The translations under genes were made by a program, and so were the position numbers. Below the pieces are notes generated by a model. It was given only the letters and a program-made list of their open reading frames with translations, did not search any database and had not been told where the DNA came from. From the NCBI GenBank assembly GCA_046757025.1, contig JBHHXN010000006.1, positions 8,430 through 72,429 of the forward strand: DNA of 64,000 nt. Reading direction: 5' to 3'. Shown here in pieces: positions 48,355 through 57,840 of the stretch (positions are counted from its first letter, which is position 1; each line of letters opens with the position of its first letter). The DNA is from a bacterium (GTDB lineage Bacteria; Zhuqueibacterota; Zhuqueibacteria; Oceanimicrobiales; Oceanimicrobiaceae).

Positions 48355-49158
48355 ATGAGCGGTCAGCTAACCATTTATAAAATCGGCTTTATCAAAATAA
48401 CCGTCTTTGATCTTCTCGATATTTTTGTCATTTTTTACATTCTCTATAAATTGTACTGCTTTATGCGGGGCTCCCGCGCCGCGCAAATGTTAGTAGGACT
48501 GGTTTTAATCCTCATCATTTCTTTGCTGGCGCGTTTGTTCAACATGAGCGGCATGAGCTGGATTTTTGATAATTTGAAAACCGTCTGGTTAATTGCCTTT
48601 GTGATTATTTTTCAGCCCGAGCTGCGACGCATGCTGATTTTTATCGGGCAGAGTCGAATTATCCGATATTTCATCAAAGTGTCCAGCAGCAAAACATTTG
48701 AGGAAGTGATCAAAGCTGCCGTTGAATTATCAAAGCGCCGGTATGGTGGCTTGATCGTGCTGACTCGCGACACCGGCATCAAATCCATCACGGAAACCGG
48801 CATAAAAATTCAGGCGGAAGTGTCGGCTCAGCTCATCGTCTCCCTGTTTAACACGCGCTCCCCGCTGCACGACGGAGCGATAATTATTCAAAACGACATC
48901 ATCGAAGCGGCGAAATGTATATTGCCGTTGAGCCAGGAGCAAAATATCGATCCGCACCTGGGAACCCGGCATCGCGCTGCTCTGGGCATGGCGGAAGAGT
49001 CGGACGCGGTCGTGCTGGTCGTCTCTGAAGAAACCGGTAACATTTCTGTGGCTTTGGATGGGCGATTAATTCCGGATTTAGAAGAAGACGCCGTGCGAAA
49101 TGTCCTGGAAAATGCCTTTAAATATTCAGCGGAAAAATCTTCCGTAAAAATGGAATAA
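48355..49158 (+). CDS. cdaA: Diadenylate cyclase (membrane-anchored CdaA/DacA type)
   Basis: 267 aa with three N-terminal TMs and a DAC domain with DGA and RHRAA motifs (HDGAIIIQ, GTRHRAALG). Confidence 0.8.
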   Translation: MSGQLTIYKIGFIKITVFDLLDIFVIFYILYKLYCFMRGSRAAQMLVGLVLILIISLLARLFNMSGMSWIFDNLKTVWLIAFVIIFQPELRRMLIFIGQSRIIRYFIKVSSSKTFEEVIKAAVELSKRRYGGLIVLTRDTGIKSITETGIKIQAEVSAQLIVSLFNTRSPLHDGAIIIQNDIIEAAKCILPLSQEQNIDPHLGTRHRAALGMAEESDAVVLVVSEETGNISVALDGRLIPDLEEDAVRNVLENAFKYSAEKSSVKME

Positions 49159-49240
49159 AGTTATTCACTGCAGTGAGGCCATTTACGCCATTCAAATATT
49201 CCAATTCCCAATCACCGTTTTTAGCATTCAAATCATTTAG

Positions 49241-50374
49241 ATGAAAAATTTCGAACTTAGTTTGATTAATATAGCGATTTGTAAACGATTACTTGTAATT
49301 GCCATTGTACTGAGCACTATTTTGTTCAAATATTCGCTGGCCAGAGCGCACGATCTCAATTCCAGCTACACGAGCATTGAAATTCAGGATAAGGCGCTAA
49401 AATGTCGGTTGATTTTTGATAAAACCGATCTGGAAAAGTTGTTCGATTTGGATGAGAATGGCGACGAGATTGTGACTAACGATGAATTGCTGATAAATGT
49501 GGCTGAATGCTACCAGTTTTTTGAAAACAAAATTTCCATCGTCATCGCGGGTAAAAAATTGTTCTTAGCAAGAGGAGACGGCTCCATTGTAGAAGATGGG
49601 CAGGGAAATATTTTTATGCAGCTTGATTTTACTAGTGAGCTGAAATTTCAACCGTGGAAAATAACTTTGATTTTGGATTTTCTCGAGGAGTTTGGATTTC
49701 AGCACAAAAATTTGATCAAAGTGGTGCATCATTCGGAAATTCAGCAAGCGGTGTTAACCAGCGGTTATAATAAAGAAACATTTGGTTTTGAGGGTCGCGA
49801 TGTAAGGCTAAGCCAACAGGTCAAACAATTTGTTTGGCTGGGGATGGAACATATTTTTATCGGCTACGATCATATTTTGTTTCTATTGGGTTTAATTGTC
49901 ATCGGAGGGAGTTTCAAAAATCTCATTAAAATTGTCTCGTCGTTTACCGTTGCTCACAGCATCACCCTGGCGCTTGCGGCTTTGCAAATTGTTCAAATTC
50001 CGGGCAAAGTAGTGGAATCGGTCATCGCGTTGAGTATTGTGTACATTGCCGCGGAGAATTTTCTGATCAAAAACAGCGATCAGCGCTGGTTAATCACGTT
50101 TATTTTCGGACTCATGCACGGCTTCGGATTCGCCGGCGTGTTGACGGAGCTGGGACTTCCCACCAGCGGACTGGTGGTGTCGCTCTTTTCATTCAATCTG
50201 GGCGTGGAATTCGGTCAAATCATGATCGTTTCTCTCACATTTCCTGTCATTGTTTTTTTTACCCGCACTCGGTGGCAAAAGCAGATCGTATTCGGGCTTT
50301 CTTCAATTATTCTGATTTTTGGATTGATCTGGTTTATCGAGCGCGTGTTTGAGTTCAATATTCCGCTCGTTTAA
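49241..50374 (+). CDS. HupE/UreJ-family metal transporter with N-terminal EF-hand-like extracytoplasmic domain
   Basis: The C-terminal about 180 aa has the WLGMEHIFIGYDHILFLLGL and MHGFGFAG motifs of HupE/UreJ_2. The N-terminal about 190 aa has an EF-hand-like loop DLDENGDEIVTNDEL. Confidence 0.55.
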   Translation: MKNFELSLINIAICKRLLVIAIVLSTILFKYSLARAHDLNSSYTSIEIQDKALKCRLIFDKTDLEKLFDLDENGDEIVTNDELLINVAECYQFFENKISIVIAGKKLFLARGDGSIVEDGQGNIFMQLDFTSELKFQPWKITLILDFLEEFGFQHKNLIKVVHHSEIQQAVLTSGYNKETFGFEGRDVRLSQQVKQFVWLGMEHIFIGYDHILFLLGLIVIGGSFKNLIKIVSSFTVAHSITLALAALQIVQIPGKVVESVIALSIVYIAAENFLIKNSDQRWLITFIFGLMHGFGFAGVLTELGLPTSGLVVSLFSFNLGVEFGQIMIVSLTFPVIVFFTRTRWQKQIVFGLSSIILIFGLIWFIERVFEFNIPLV

Positions 50375-50437
50375 TCGGAATTCTTTGAAGACCAAAAGGG
50401 GTACTTAAAATATCCACCAGTTTTCCGACTTATTTTT

Positions 50438-50998
50438 TCACTTTTTCCAAAAGATATCTGTCACATCGTTTACATGATTTTCATAGCGGGCAAATACGAA
50501 CAATGCATCGGAAAGGCGATTCAGATAGGACAAAATCAGCGGGTTGATTTTTTCTGATTTGGATAACGTGACGGTGTAGCGTTCCGCGCGCCGGCAGATG
50601 CAGCGTGCCTGATGCAGAACCGCGGCACACTGAGTGCCGCCGGGGAGAATGAAGTCCTGTAAAGGCGGTAACTGGTGGTTGAATTTGTCGATGAGTTTTT
50701 CGAGAAAGGACTCGTGATCTGCGGTAACGCCCTCCACCGCGATTTTCTTTTTGTCTTCATCCAGCACGCATAAGTCGCCGCCCAGTGTGAACAACTGATT
50801 CTGAATGGTTCTAAGGGCCTGATGGATTTCAGAGCACGGATGGAACGTCATGGCCAGTCCGATGACAGAATTGAGTTCATCCACGGTGCCGTAGGCCTGA
50901 ATGCGTGTGGCGTCTTTTGCGATTTTTTGTCCACCACCCAGGCGCGTTTCGCCGTCATCGCCCTGCTTAGTATAAACTTTCGTTATTCGGTATTTCAT
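50438..50998 (-). CDS. ATP:cob(I)alamin adenosyltransferase (PduO-type)
   Basis: 186 aa; the N-terminus KVYTKQGDDGETRL and the helical bundle are typical of PduO/MMAB-type enzymes. Confidence 0.8.
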   Translation of the reverse strand: MKYRITKVYTKQGDDGETRLGGGQKIAKDATRIQAYGTVDELNSVIGLAMTFHPCSEIHQALRTIQNQLFTLGGDLCVLDEDKKKIAVEGVTADHESFLEKLIDKFNHQLPPLQDFILPGGTQCAAVLHQARCICRRAERYTVTLSKSEKINPLILSYLNRLSDALFVFARYENHVNDVTDIFWKK

Positions 50999-51003
50999 GT
51001 TTT

Positions 51004-51205
51004 ACTCCACCAGATTGGGTTTGATATCGCCGTAACCGACCGTCACGTTGTCGAGCGTGAAGAAATACGGTTCGCTCCAGCCGCGTTCGTGGCAGGCATG
51101 GTACTGGATTTGAAAATTACTTTCCTTGAGAAATAACTCGCACAGTGCTTGAATCGACCGGAGATTTCTTTTGGAAGCATTTATGTTTACATCATTCTTC
51201 CTTTT
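51004..51205 (-). pseudogene. Remnant ORF carrying a potassium-channel pore-helix/selectivity-filter signature (YFFTLDNVTVGYGDIKP); no start codon, no TM2
   Basis: The stop-to-stop reverse-strand frame is KRKNDVNINASKRNLRSIQALCELFLKESNFQIQYHACHERGWSEPYFFTLDNVTVGYGDIKPNLVE*. It has no in-frame ATG/GTG/TTG and ends immediately after the filter. Upstream DNA is occupied by inverted-repeat elements. Confidence 0.35.
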
Positions 51206-51300
51206 TCAAAATACCGCATAACCGCTATCTCATTTTGAAATTGAAGTTAGAACTATTAAACTCGTAACTTAAATCGTTTTTTCTAAAGGTAGCATAAAGC

Positions 51301-51431
51301 TATTTAGTGTCCATCCGTAAAGAGCTTTTTTTGTCATTCCCGCATCTTTAAGCGGGAATCCATTGGTGAGTTATGCACGAGATTCCCGATAACGGCACTC
51401 GGGAATGACGATTACGGATGGACACTATTTA
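51301..51431. mobile_element. MITE-like nested-hairpin element (family C)
   Basis: The outer IR is tatttagtgtccatccgtaa / ttacggatggacactattta (16 bp perfect). The inner 10-bp IR is gtcattcccg / cgggaatgac. Two local hairpins are also present (ttcccgc-N7-gcgggaa, ttcccga-N9-tcgggaa). Confidence 0.45.
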
Positions 51432-51530
51432 ATGCCCGCAAAGTTGGAGATAAAATAGGGTTCATCCGGATAATGTGTACTTTCGTCTCTTTTGTTGCGA
51501 TAAGATATGCTCTATTACGGACAGAATAAA

Positions 51531-51790
51531 GGCGACCTCCGAAAGTATTCGTTTTGGCGTCAACCTAAAATTAATGACCAATTTCAGCCATGTGTTTACC
51601 GAAAACCAAGCACCTTCTGGTTCCAAAATTTCTATTTTGGAACGCAAGTATGGAGAAACCCAATTTCGGAAGACTCCTTTAATAGCAGAAACAAAGTTTC
51701 TTGAGAAAGTTTGTTCCCAAACTGGAGTTTGGGAACAAGGATTTTTTCTTAGGTTGACGCGAATTCGAAAGTATCCGGGACTCGCAGAGA
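51531..51790. repeat. About 260-bp region bounded by imperfect 37-bp inverted repeats with internal hairpins
   Basis: ggcgacctccgaaagtattcgttttggcgtcaacctaa ... ttaggttgacgcgaattcgaaagtatccgggactcgc. Internal hairpins are ttccaaaat-ttct-attttggaa and gttcccaaact-gga-gtttgggaac. Only short overlapping ORFs on both strands occur here. Confidence 0.4.
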
Positions 51791-52026
51791 AACGACCGGC
51801 CTTGATTTGGGTCTTCACTTTGCATGCCGTTCGTCAATACAAAAGAAAGAGAAAGAATCAAAAAACCATTTCATGTTTTTTGAGCAGTCTTTACACAGCG
51901 CGTCAAAAGTACGCATTTTTCGGATGAGAATAAAATAGCATGAATATAAACTGAAATCAAGCAAAATGTCTTGACATTTAGTTGTGGACGTATTATTTTA
52001 AAAACTGCGAAACAGGAGAGGAGAGC

Positions 52027-53331
52027 ATGGTTAAAACGATTTTTTTCATTATTTTATTTTCGGCGTGTGTGGGTAAACGAGTCCGGGCTGAGGATACCGA
52101 AATCGAGAGACCTAAAATCGATCACCACCAAATTCAGCGCGACCGCATCAATAAACTTCTTCCGCAAATCATGCAAGAGCAAAATGTGGAAATGTGGCTG
52201 GTGTTCACGCGTGAAAACTCCGAAGATCCCATCCTGCCCATCATAGGCATCAAACACATCGTGGCCCGCGGCGCGTTTATTTTTTCATTCAAAAATGGCA
52301 AGTACAAAAAAGTGGCCATCGCAGCCAGCTACGACGTCTCAGCCATTAAGGCGACGGGTTTATTTGATGAGGTGGTTTCCTACAAAACCGAAGGCGTTAA
52401 ACCGCATTTGAAATCATGGCTCGAAAAGCTCGATCCCAAAAATATCGCTATCAACTTTTCCAGAGACGTCACCATCGCCGACGGCTTAACCCTGGGCATG
52501 AAAAAATATCTGGAAGAAGCCCTGGGCTCGGCGATTTCAAAGAAATTTATTTCTGCCGAAAGGTTAATCGTGTCACTCATCGGCAAAAAGCTGCCCATGG
52601 AAATTGCCGCCTTGAAGACGGCGGTACTGGCGACCCAGAAAATCATCTCAGAGGCCCTGACTGCCGAGCAAATTGAAATCGGTGTGACCACGGAAAATGA
52701 CCTCGGTGCGTTTATGACAACAAGAACCGAAGAGCTGGGAATGTCGGTGGCGTTCATGAGCATTGTGGTGGGTCCCACCAGAGGCCATTCCGAGCCCACG
52801 GATCGCGCCATCGAGGCCGGCGATTTGCTCCGAATCGACTTCGGCGTGCGCTATGAAGGCTACGCAGCCGATATCCAGCGCACGGCGTATGTTCTCAAAC
52901 CGGACGAAGAGCAGGCGCCTGCGGAGATTGTGAAAATGTGGCAGGTGGCGCTGCAAGCCAATCAGGCCTGTGTGCGGGCGATCCGGCCCGGAGTGACCGG
53001 CAACGATATCGATAAAATCGGACGTCAGACTTTAGTAGCCGCTGGCTACAAAGGCTACCCGCACGGCGCCGGACATGCCATCGGATTGAAAGTGCACGAC
53101 GTAGGCGCCATCCTGGGTCCCGATTGGAAAGAACGCTACGGCAACACGGTATTTTTCCCACTGGAAATCGACCAGGTTTATGCAGTGGAACCGCTTTTGT
53201 ACGCTCCGGATCCCCGCAATGGCCAGGAAATCAACATCGGCCTGGAGGAAGATGTTCTGGTGACGGCCAAAGGCGCAGAATACATCGGGCAGCCCCAGAC
53301 GGAACTCATTGTGATCGATTGTGGCTGCTGA
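52027..53331 (+). CDS. Secreted M24 family metallopeptidase (Xaa-Pro aminopeptidase/creatinase-like)
   Basis: The start is MVKTIFFIILFSACVG with RBS aggagaggagagc. The pita-bread metal ligands occur in DFGVRYEGYAADIQRT, GHAIGLKVHD and a C-terminal Glu region. Confidence 0.75.
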   Translation: MVKTIFFIILFSACVGKRVRAEDTEIERPKIDHHQIQRDRINKLLPQIMQEQNVEMWLVFTRENSEDPILPIIGIKHIVARGAFIFSFKNGKYKKVAIAASYDVSAIKATGLFDEVVSYKTEGVKPHLKSWLEKLDPKNIAINFSRDVTIADGLTLGMKKYLEEALGSAISKKFISAERLIVSLIGKKLPMEIAALKTAVLATQKIISEALTAEQIEIGVTTENDLGAFMTTRTEELGMSVAFMSIVVGPTRGHSEPTDRAIEAGDLLRIDFGVRYEGYAADIQRTAYVLKPDEEQAPAEIVKMWQVALQANQACVRAIRPGVTGNDIDKIGRQTLVAAGYKGYPHGAGHAIGLKVHDVGAILGPDWKERYGNTVFFPLEIDQVYAVEPLLYAPDPRNGQEINIGLEEDVLVTAKGAEYIGQPQTELIVIDCGC

Positions 53332-53423
53332 TTCCTTGTTGTACATTTAAAAAACTGTATTCTCTCTCCATTTTTATCTGCTGTTATTTACTGATATTGG
53401 CTTATTTCACAATTAGCTGAAAG

Positions 53424-54878
53424 TTGATGAAAACTTTTCATAAGCAATTAATCATCGCGTTAATATTTTTTGTGATCGTATTCGGAACTTCGGTTTTTTT
53501 TTCGTATCGGGGATTGCACGCAGTATTGGACAATTTTGCTGAACAGACCGCCAAATTGGTCGTACCGCATCTAAAATCTACTCTCAAAAGCGGCATGAGT
53601 AAATTAACAGCTAAAAACACTTTTACCAGAGCACAAGAAAATCGAATACGACAGCAGCTCATCCAGGAAACCACACAGCATCAAATAATCGAAGATTTGT
53701 ATTTAATCGATGGAAAAGGCCAAATCCTTTTTTCTTTAATACCGACAAGCGAAGGCAATCCTTACTCAGAAATTGAAATATTAAAGAACGGCATTCTAAA
53801 GAATCGTCAGGAATTCGAAATGCAAAGACTCGGTGGCGCCGGCGAATTTGATATCATCTGGTTAAGTGACAGCAAACGAAAAATATATAGCGTACTCCGG
53901 TTAAATGCCAAAGCGGGTAAGCTCAAGCCGGTTCTGCACAACCTGCAAATCACATTTTATTTCATCGGATTCGGAGGCATCGTAGCGGTCATCGTTTTCT
54001 CTCTCATTTACAGTCGCACTTTGAACTCGCCCATCAAGCAAGTGGAAAAAGCCATGAGCATGATCGATAAGCGTAAATACGGCTTTCGAATCAAGTGGAA
54101 GGAGGGAGATGAATACGCGCCAACTTTTAAAAGGGTCAATGCGGCTTTACAGCGTTTGGAACAGTTGGATGTGGCGCAGAGAAAAGCTGCACACAGCCAT
54201 CAAACCATTCGAAATGAGCTGCGCACGTTTTCGCGTTTCCTCGATATCATGTCGCACGAGATAAAAAATCCGCTGCACGCTCTGGGCATCAATATCGACC
54301 TTCTCAAATCCAAGATCAAAAAAAATCAGTCCAAAGAAACCATGCTGAAGAACGCGGAAATTCTTGAAAACGAAATCGAGCACATGGAGGAAGTAATTCA
54401 GGGCTTTCTCAGCTATGTGCGGCCGGGCAAACCCAAAAGAGAGCGCGTGCCAATTAACAAAATTATCAAAGACACCTGCCAGGGGGTGTCAGCCGAAGCT
54501 GAAAAATCGAAGATCCGCATCGAATCGCGTTTGAGCCGAAGTGTGCAGCATGTCCTGATCGATAAAGGACATCTGCAGCAAGCCCTGCTGAATATCATCA
54601 TCAACGCCATCCATGCTACTCGTGCCGGTGGCAAGATCAACGTTCGTTCCTGGACGAAAAAGAAAAAGATCTTTGTTTCCGTAAAAGATACCGGAGCTGG
54701 TATTTCTAAAGAGCAGCTAAAAAAAATATTTGACCTTTATTATACCACCAAAAAAAATGGCTCGGGACTGGGTTTACCGGTCACCAAACGATTGATCGAA
54801 GCCAATGGTGGACAAATGCAATTGGAAAGCAAATTGGAGAAAGGCACCCAAGTAACGTTCTCGTTCCCAGCAGCCTAA
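53424..54878 (+). CDS. Membrane sensor histidine kinase
   Basis: 484 aa. Two TM helices flank an about 150-aa periplasmic domain. The HisKA H-box is MSHEIKNPLHAL. The HATPase_c N, G1 and G2 motifs are NAIHAT, DTGAGIS and GSGLGL. Confidence 0.8.
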   Translation: MMKTFHKQLIIALIFFVIVFGTSVFFSYRGLHAVLDNFAEQTAKLVVPHLKSTLKSGMSKLTAKNTFTRAQENRIRQQLIQETTQHQIIEDLYLIDGKGQILFSLIPTSEGNPYSEIEILKNGILKNRQEFEMQRLGGAGEFDIIWLSDSKRKIYSVLRLNAKAGKLKPVLHNLQITFYFIGFGGIVAVIVFSLIYSRTLNSPIKQVEKAMSMIDKRKYGFRIKWKEGDEYAPTFKRVNAALQRLEQLDVAQRKAAHSHQTIRNELRTFSRFLDIMSHEIKNPLHALGINIDLLKSKIKKNQSKETMLKNAEILENEIEHMEEVIQGFLSYVRPGKPKRERVPINKIIKDTCQGVSAEAEKSKIRIESRLSRSVQHVLIDKGHLQQALLNIIINAIHATRAGGKINVRSWTKKKKIFVSVKDTGAGISKEQLKKIFDLYYTTKKNGSGLGLPVTKRLIEANGGQMQLESKLEKGTQVTFSFPAA

Positions 54879-54895
54879 ACAGGTAAGTTGAAAAA

Positions 54896-56278
54896 ATGAA
54901 AAACGCATCTCAAAGCAAAATTCTCATTGTCGATGACGAACCCGCTATCACCGAAGGATTGTCTGAACTACTAAATTTAGAAGGCTACACCACCGCAGCC
55001 GTGGACGACGGTTTGAAAGCGCTGCAGCTTTTGGAAAGCCAGAATTTTCATTTGGTTCTGGTGGATTTGATGATACCCGGCTTGAACGGCATTCAGCTTT
55101 TGGAAAAGATCAAGAAAAAAGGACTGATGACCGAAGTGATCATCATCACTGGCAAGGGCACCATTTCCACGGCCGTGGACGCCATGAAAGCCGGCGCCTA
55201 TGATTATTTGACCAAGCCCGTGAAACCGCATCGGCTAAAATCGATCATTCCGAAAGCACTGGAACATCAAAATTTGATTGTGAAAAATCTTCAGCTTGAA
55301 GAAACCATCAAGCAAATGACGCATTACGAGGACATTGTCGGTCAGGATGAAAAGATGCGTCACATATATCAATTGCTCGATGCCGTTGCAGATACCACCG
55401 CCAATGTGCTCATTACGGGTGAGAGCGGCACCGGCAAGGAGTTGGTGGCACGGGCCATTCACAACAAAAGCAGCCGCGCTCTGCAACCGTTTGTGGCCAT
55501 CAATTGTTCGGCTTTTCCACGCGATATTCTGGAAAACGAGCTATTTGGCCATGAAAAAGGCGCCTTTACAGGGGCGCTGAAAGAAAAACCCGGCTGCTTT
55601 GAAATGGCCAACGGCGGCACGTTATTTCTGGACGAAATCGGTGAAATGTCCGCAGACACCCAGACGAAATTATTAAGAGTGCTAGAAGAGCGCAGTTTCC
55701 GCCGGTTAGGCGGCACCAAAGAAATCACCGTGGATGTGAAAGTCATTGCCGCCACCAACCGCGATATCAAAAAAGCGCTGTCGTCTGGGGCGTTGCGTGA
55801 AGATCTCTACTATCGCCTGAGTGTTATGGAAATCGAAATGCCGCCATTGCGGGAGAGAATGAGCGATCTGTCTCTTTTGCTCAATGAATTTCTGCAGCAA
55901 TTTAATAGTAAAAACAACAAACAGATCAACGCCTTTTCTGATGAATGTCTCACCCTTTTGCGGAATTATTCCTGGCCCGGCAATGTGCGGGAGCTGAAGA
56001 ATCTCGTGGAACGCGCAGTGATTTTATGCAACGGCGATACCATCGAATTGGAGCATCTACCGCAATCGCTCCTCAATCCCGTTTCCCCGGCAAGCTCCGA
56101 TTCCGAAAACATCGTCCTCGGGAAATCTCTGGAAGAAGTGGAAAAAGAAGTGATTTTCAAGACGCTCAAAATGACCAACAACAACAAAACCAAAGCCGCA
56201 CAGATTTTAGGCATCAGCTTGAAAACCATGCATAATAAATTGAACAAATATTATCTTGAAAAGGAAATTGAGAAGTAA
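54896..56278 (+). CDS. Sigma-54-dependent response regulator (NtrC/AtoC family)
   Basis: The REC domain has the phospho-acceptor Asp in LVLVDLMIPG. The AAA+ sigma-54 interaction domain has Walker A (GESGTGKE) and the GAFTGA motif. A C-terminal Fis-type HTH is present. Confidence 0.85.
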   Translation: MKNASQSKILIVDDEPAITEGLSELLNLEGYTTAAVDDGLKALQLLESQNFHLVLVDLMIPGLNGIQLLEKIKKKGLMTEVIIITGKGTISTAVDAMKAGAYDYLTKPVKPHRLKSIIPKALEHQNLIVKNLQLEETIKQMTHYEDIVGQDEKMRHIYQLLDAVADTTANVLITGESGTGKELVARAIHNKSSRALQPFVAINCSAFPRDILENELFGHEKGAFTGALKEKPGCFEMANGGTLFLDEIGEMSADTQTKLLRVLEERSFRRLGGTKEITVDVKVIAATNRDIKKALSSGALREDLYYRLSVMEIEMPPLRERMSDLSLLLNEFLQQFNSKNNKQINAFSDECLTLLRNYSWPGNVRELKNLVERAVILCNGDTIELEHLPQSLLNPVSPASSDSENIVLGKSLEEVEKEVIFKTLKMTNNNKTKAAQILGISLKTMHNKLNKYYLEKEIEK

Positions 56279-56413
56279 ATTTCGCACGATCAATTGACTT
56301 TTGAATCGGAACCCGCCAATTGCGCCTGCAGGTTAAATCGACCGGTGTCGGAGCGGTAATTTCATGCTCTGCAAAATTCAATCGGTTTGATTTTTTATTC
56401 ACAAAAAGTGCCG

Positions 56414-56426
56414 TGTAATTATTACA
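56414..56426. promoter_or_regulatory. 13-bp perfect palindrome TGTAAT-T-ATTACA: candidate enhancer site (UAS)
   Basis: Seen directly, about 130 bp upstream of the predicted sigma-54 promoter. The half-site TGTAATTAT recurs at 56536-56544. Confidence 0.3.
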
Positions 56427-56545
56427 TGCGATTCACGCCTGTTTTTGTCCTCGCATGCCGCATTGTTTAATTCAGCTATGGATGAATGTGTCATAACACA
56501 CAATAAATTAACAACTTAGACCATACAAGTACCATTGTAATTATT

Positions 56546-56560
56546 TGGCATTCTCTTTGC
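56546..56560 (+). promoter_or_regulatory. Predicted sigma-54 (-24/-12) promoter TGGCAT-N5-TTGC
   Basis: tTGGCATtctctTTGCc matches the GG-N10-GC consensus TGGCAC-N5-TTGC. It lies about 180 bp upstream of the receiver gene and immediately downstream of a sigma-54 activator gene. Confidence 0.45.
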
Positions 56561-56742
56561 CATAACAAAAGAATACGTTTGTCAAAGAAGAACGCTTATT
56601 TTGTGGTTCCCATCACACGGAAAATTTATTATCAAAACTTAATAATATTATCTTGCTTAAATTGAGAAATTGCAAGTAACACTATTTATAAAACTGGAAG
56701 CAACTATGTGTGCGACCGTTGGTCAGGAGGGAAAAGAAGTTG

Positions 56743-57096
56743 GCAGTAAATGTTTTAGTAATTGATGATCAAAAAAACATCGCAAATATGATGAAAGAGT
56801 ATTTGCAAGAGCATGGCATGAGCTCGGATGTGGCATTTAATGGCCGCTCGGCCATTGAAATGTTGCAGGTAAAAAAGTACCAGGTTTTGCTTACCGATTA
56901 CAAACTACCCGACCTGGATGGGGAGCAGGTGATGGCGAAGTGTAAAAAAATACAGCCGGATCTAAAGGTCATTATTATCACGGCACACCGGGAAATCATT
57001 TCCCGCCTACGAAGCAAAATAGGGCGAACCTTTCAAGTGATCGAAAAACCCTGCCGGGCCAAAACGATTTTAGCCGCTATTCAGAAAATGTTGTAA
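56743..57096 (+). CDS. Single-domain response regulator (CheY-like receiver)
   Basis: The REC fold has VLVIDD, LLTDYKLPDLDG and KVIIITA. The probable start is TTG 56743 (AGGAGG 9 nt upstream). The track uses GTG 56710. Confidence 0.65.
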   Translation, partial: AVNVLVIDDQKNIANMMKEYLQEHGMSSDVAFNGRSAIEMLQVKKYQVLLTDYKLPDLDGEQVMAKCKKIQPDLKVIIITAHREIISRLRSKIGRTFQVIEKPCRAKTILAAIQKML

Positions 57097-57138
57097 TTGA
57101 GATATTCAGAGGTATTCATCAAATAAGGGATTTTTGAT

Positions 57139-57819
57139 ATGTTAGGCATGACCACCAAATTCAAGGCGCGACGGATGTTTCATTTTCATCCTTTATTTCA
57201 AAGATGGCTGAATTCAATTTTTATTCAGTCGCTGCTGATTTTGCCGGTCTTGAACACTGGCTCTGTGCAGTTATCATGGGATCCCAATCAGGAGAACGAT
57301 CTGGCCGGCTACATTATCTATTACGGCCAGGCATCTCAAAATTACTCTTCAACCGTTCAAGTCGGCAACCAGACCAGCCACCGAGTCAGCGGCCTCGAGG
57401 TCGGCAGGCGCTATTATTTTGCGGTCACCGCGGTGGACTTTTCCGGCAACGAAAGTCTGTTTTCAAACGAGGTCAGCGCAGTGATTCCAGCAGACGGGGA
57501 AGAAGCGCCACCGGACGGCGCCCAGACCCTGATGGCCGATGTCTATAATTTTCCCAATCCATTCAGAATAAATCAGAGCAGTACTACCATTCGCTACGAG
57601 CTGGCCACGGCTGCCCAAGTGACCATCGAAATTTTGGATGTGGATAACAAATTGGTGAAAACTCTGGTGGAAGATGAGTTTAAACGCCAGGGAGAGCACT
57701 TGGAAGACATCTGGGATGGCACGAACTCCAAAAATGAGCTCGTGGCAAATGGAGTATATTTTTGTCGCATAAAAGCACCCAATGTGCAAAGATTCATTAA
57801 AATCGCTGTAACTCGGTAA
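57139..57819 (+). CDS. Fibronectin type III domain protein with T9SS C-terminal sorting domain
   Basis: The FN3-like segment is (LSWDPNQENDLAGYIIYYGQ...YYFAVTAVD). The C-terminal 90 aa is NFPNPFRINQSSTTIRYEL...GVYFCRIKA, typical of a Por/T9SS CTD. Confidence 0.65.
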   Translation: MLGMTTKFKARRMFHFHPLFQRWLNSIFIQSLLILPVLNTGSVQLSWDPNQENDLAGYIIYYGQASQNYSSTVQVGNQTSHRVSGLEVGRRYYFAVTAVDFSGNESLFSNEVSAVIPADGEEAPPDGAQTLMADVYNFPNPFRINQSSTTIRYELATAAQVTIEILDVDNKLVKTLVEDEFKRQGEHLEDIWDGTNSKNELVANGVYFCRIKAPNVQRFIKIAVTR

Positions 57820-57840
57820 ATCAAAAAAAGAGAGAGAAGA

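Noticed and set aside
51462-51927. ORFs 51462..51818 (-) and 51475..51927 (+)
   Set aside because: They are mutually antisense and lie entirely within inverted-repeat elements. They have low complexity and no RBS. I treated them as non-coding.
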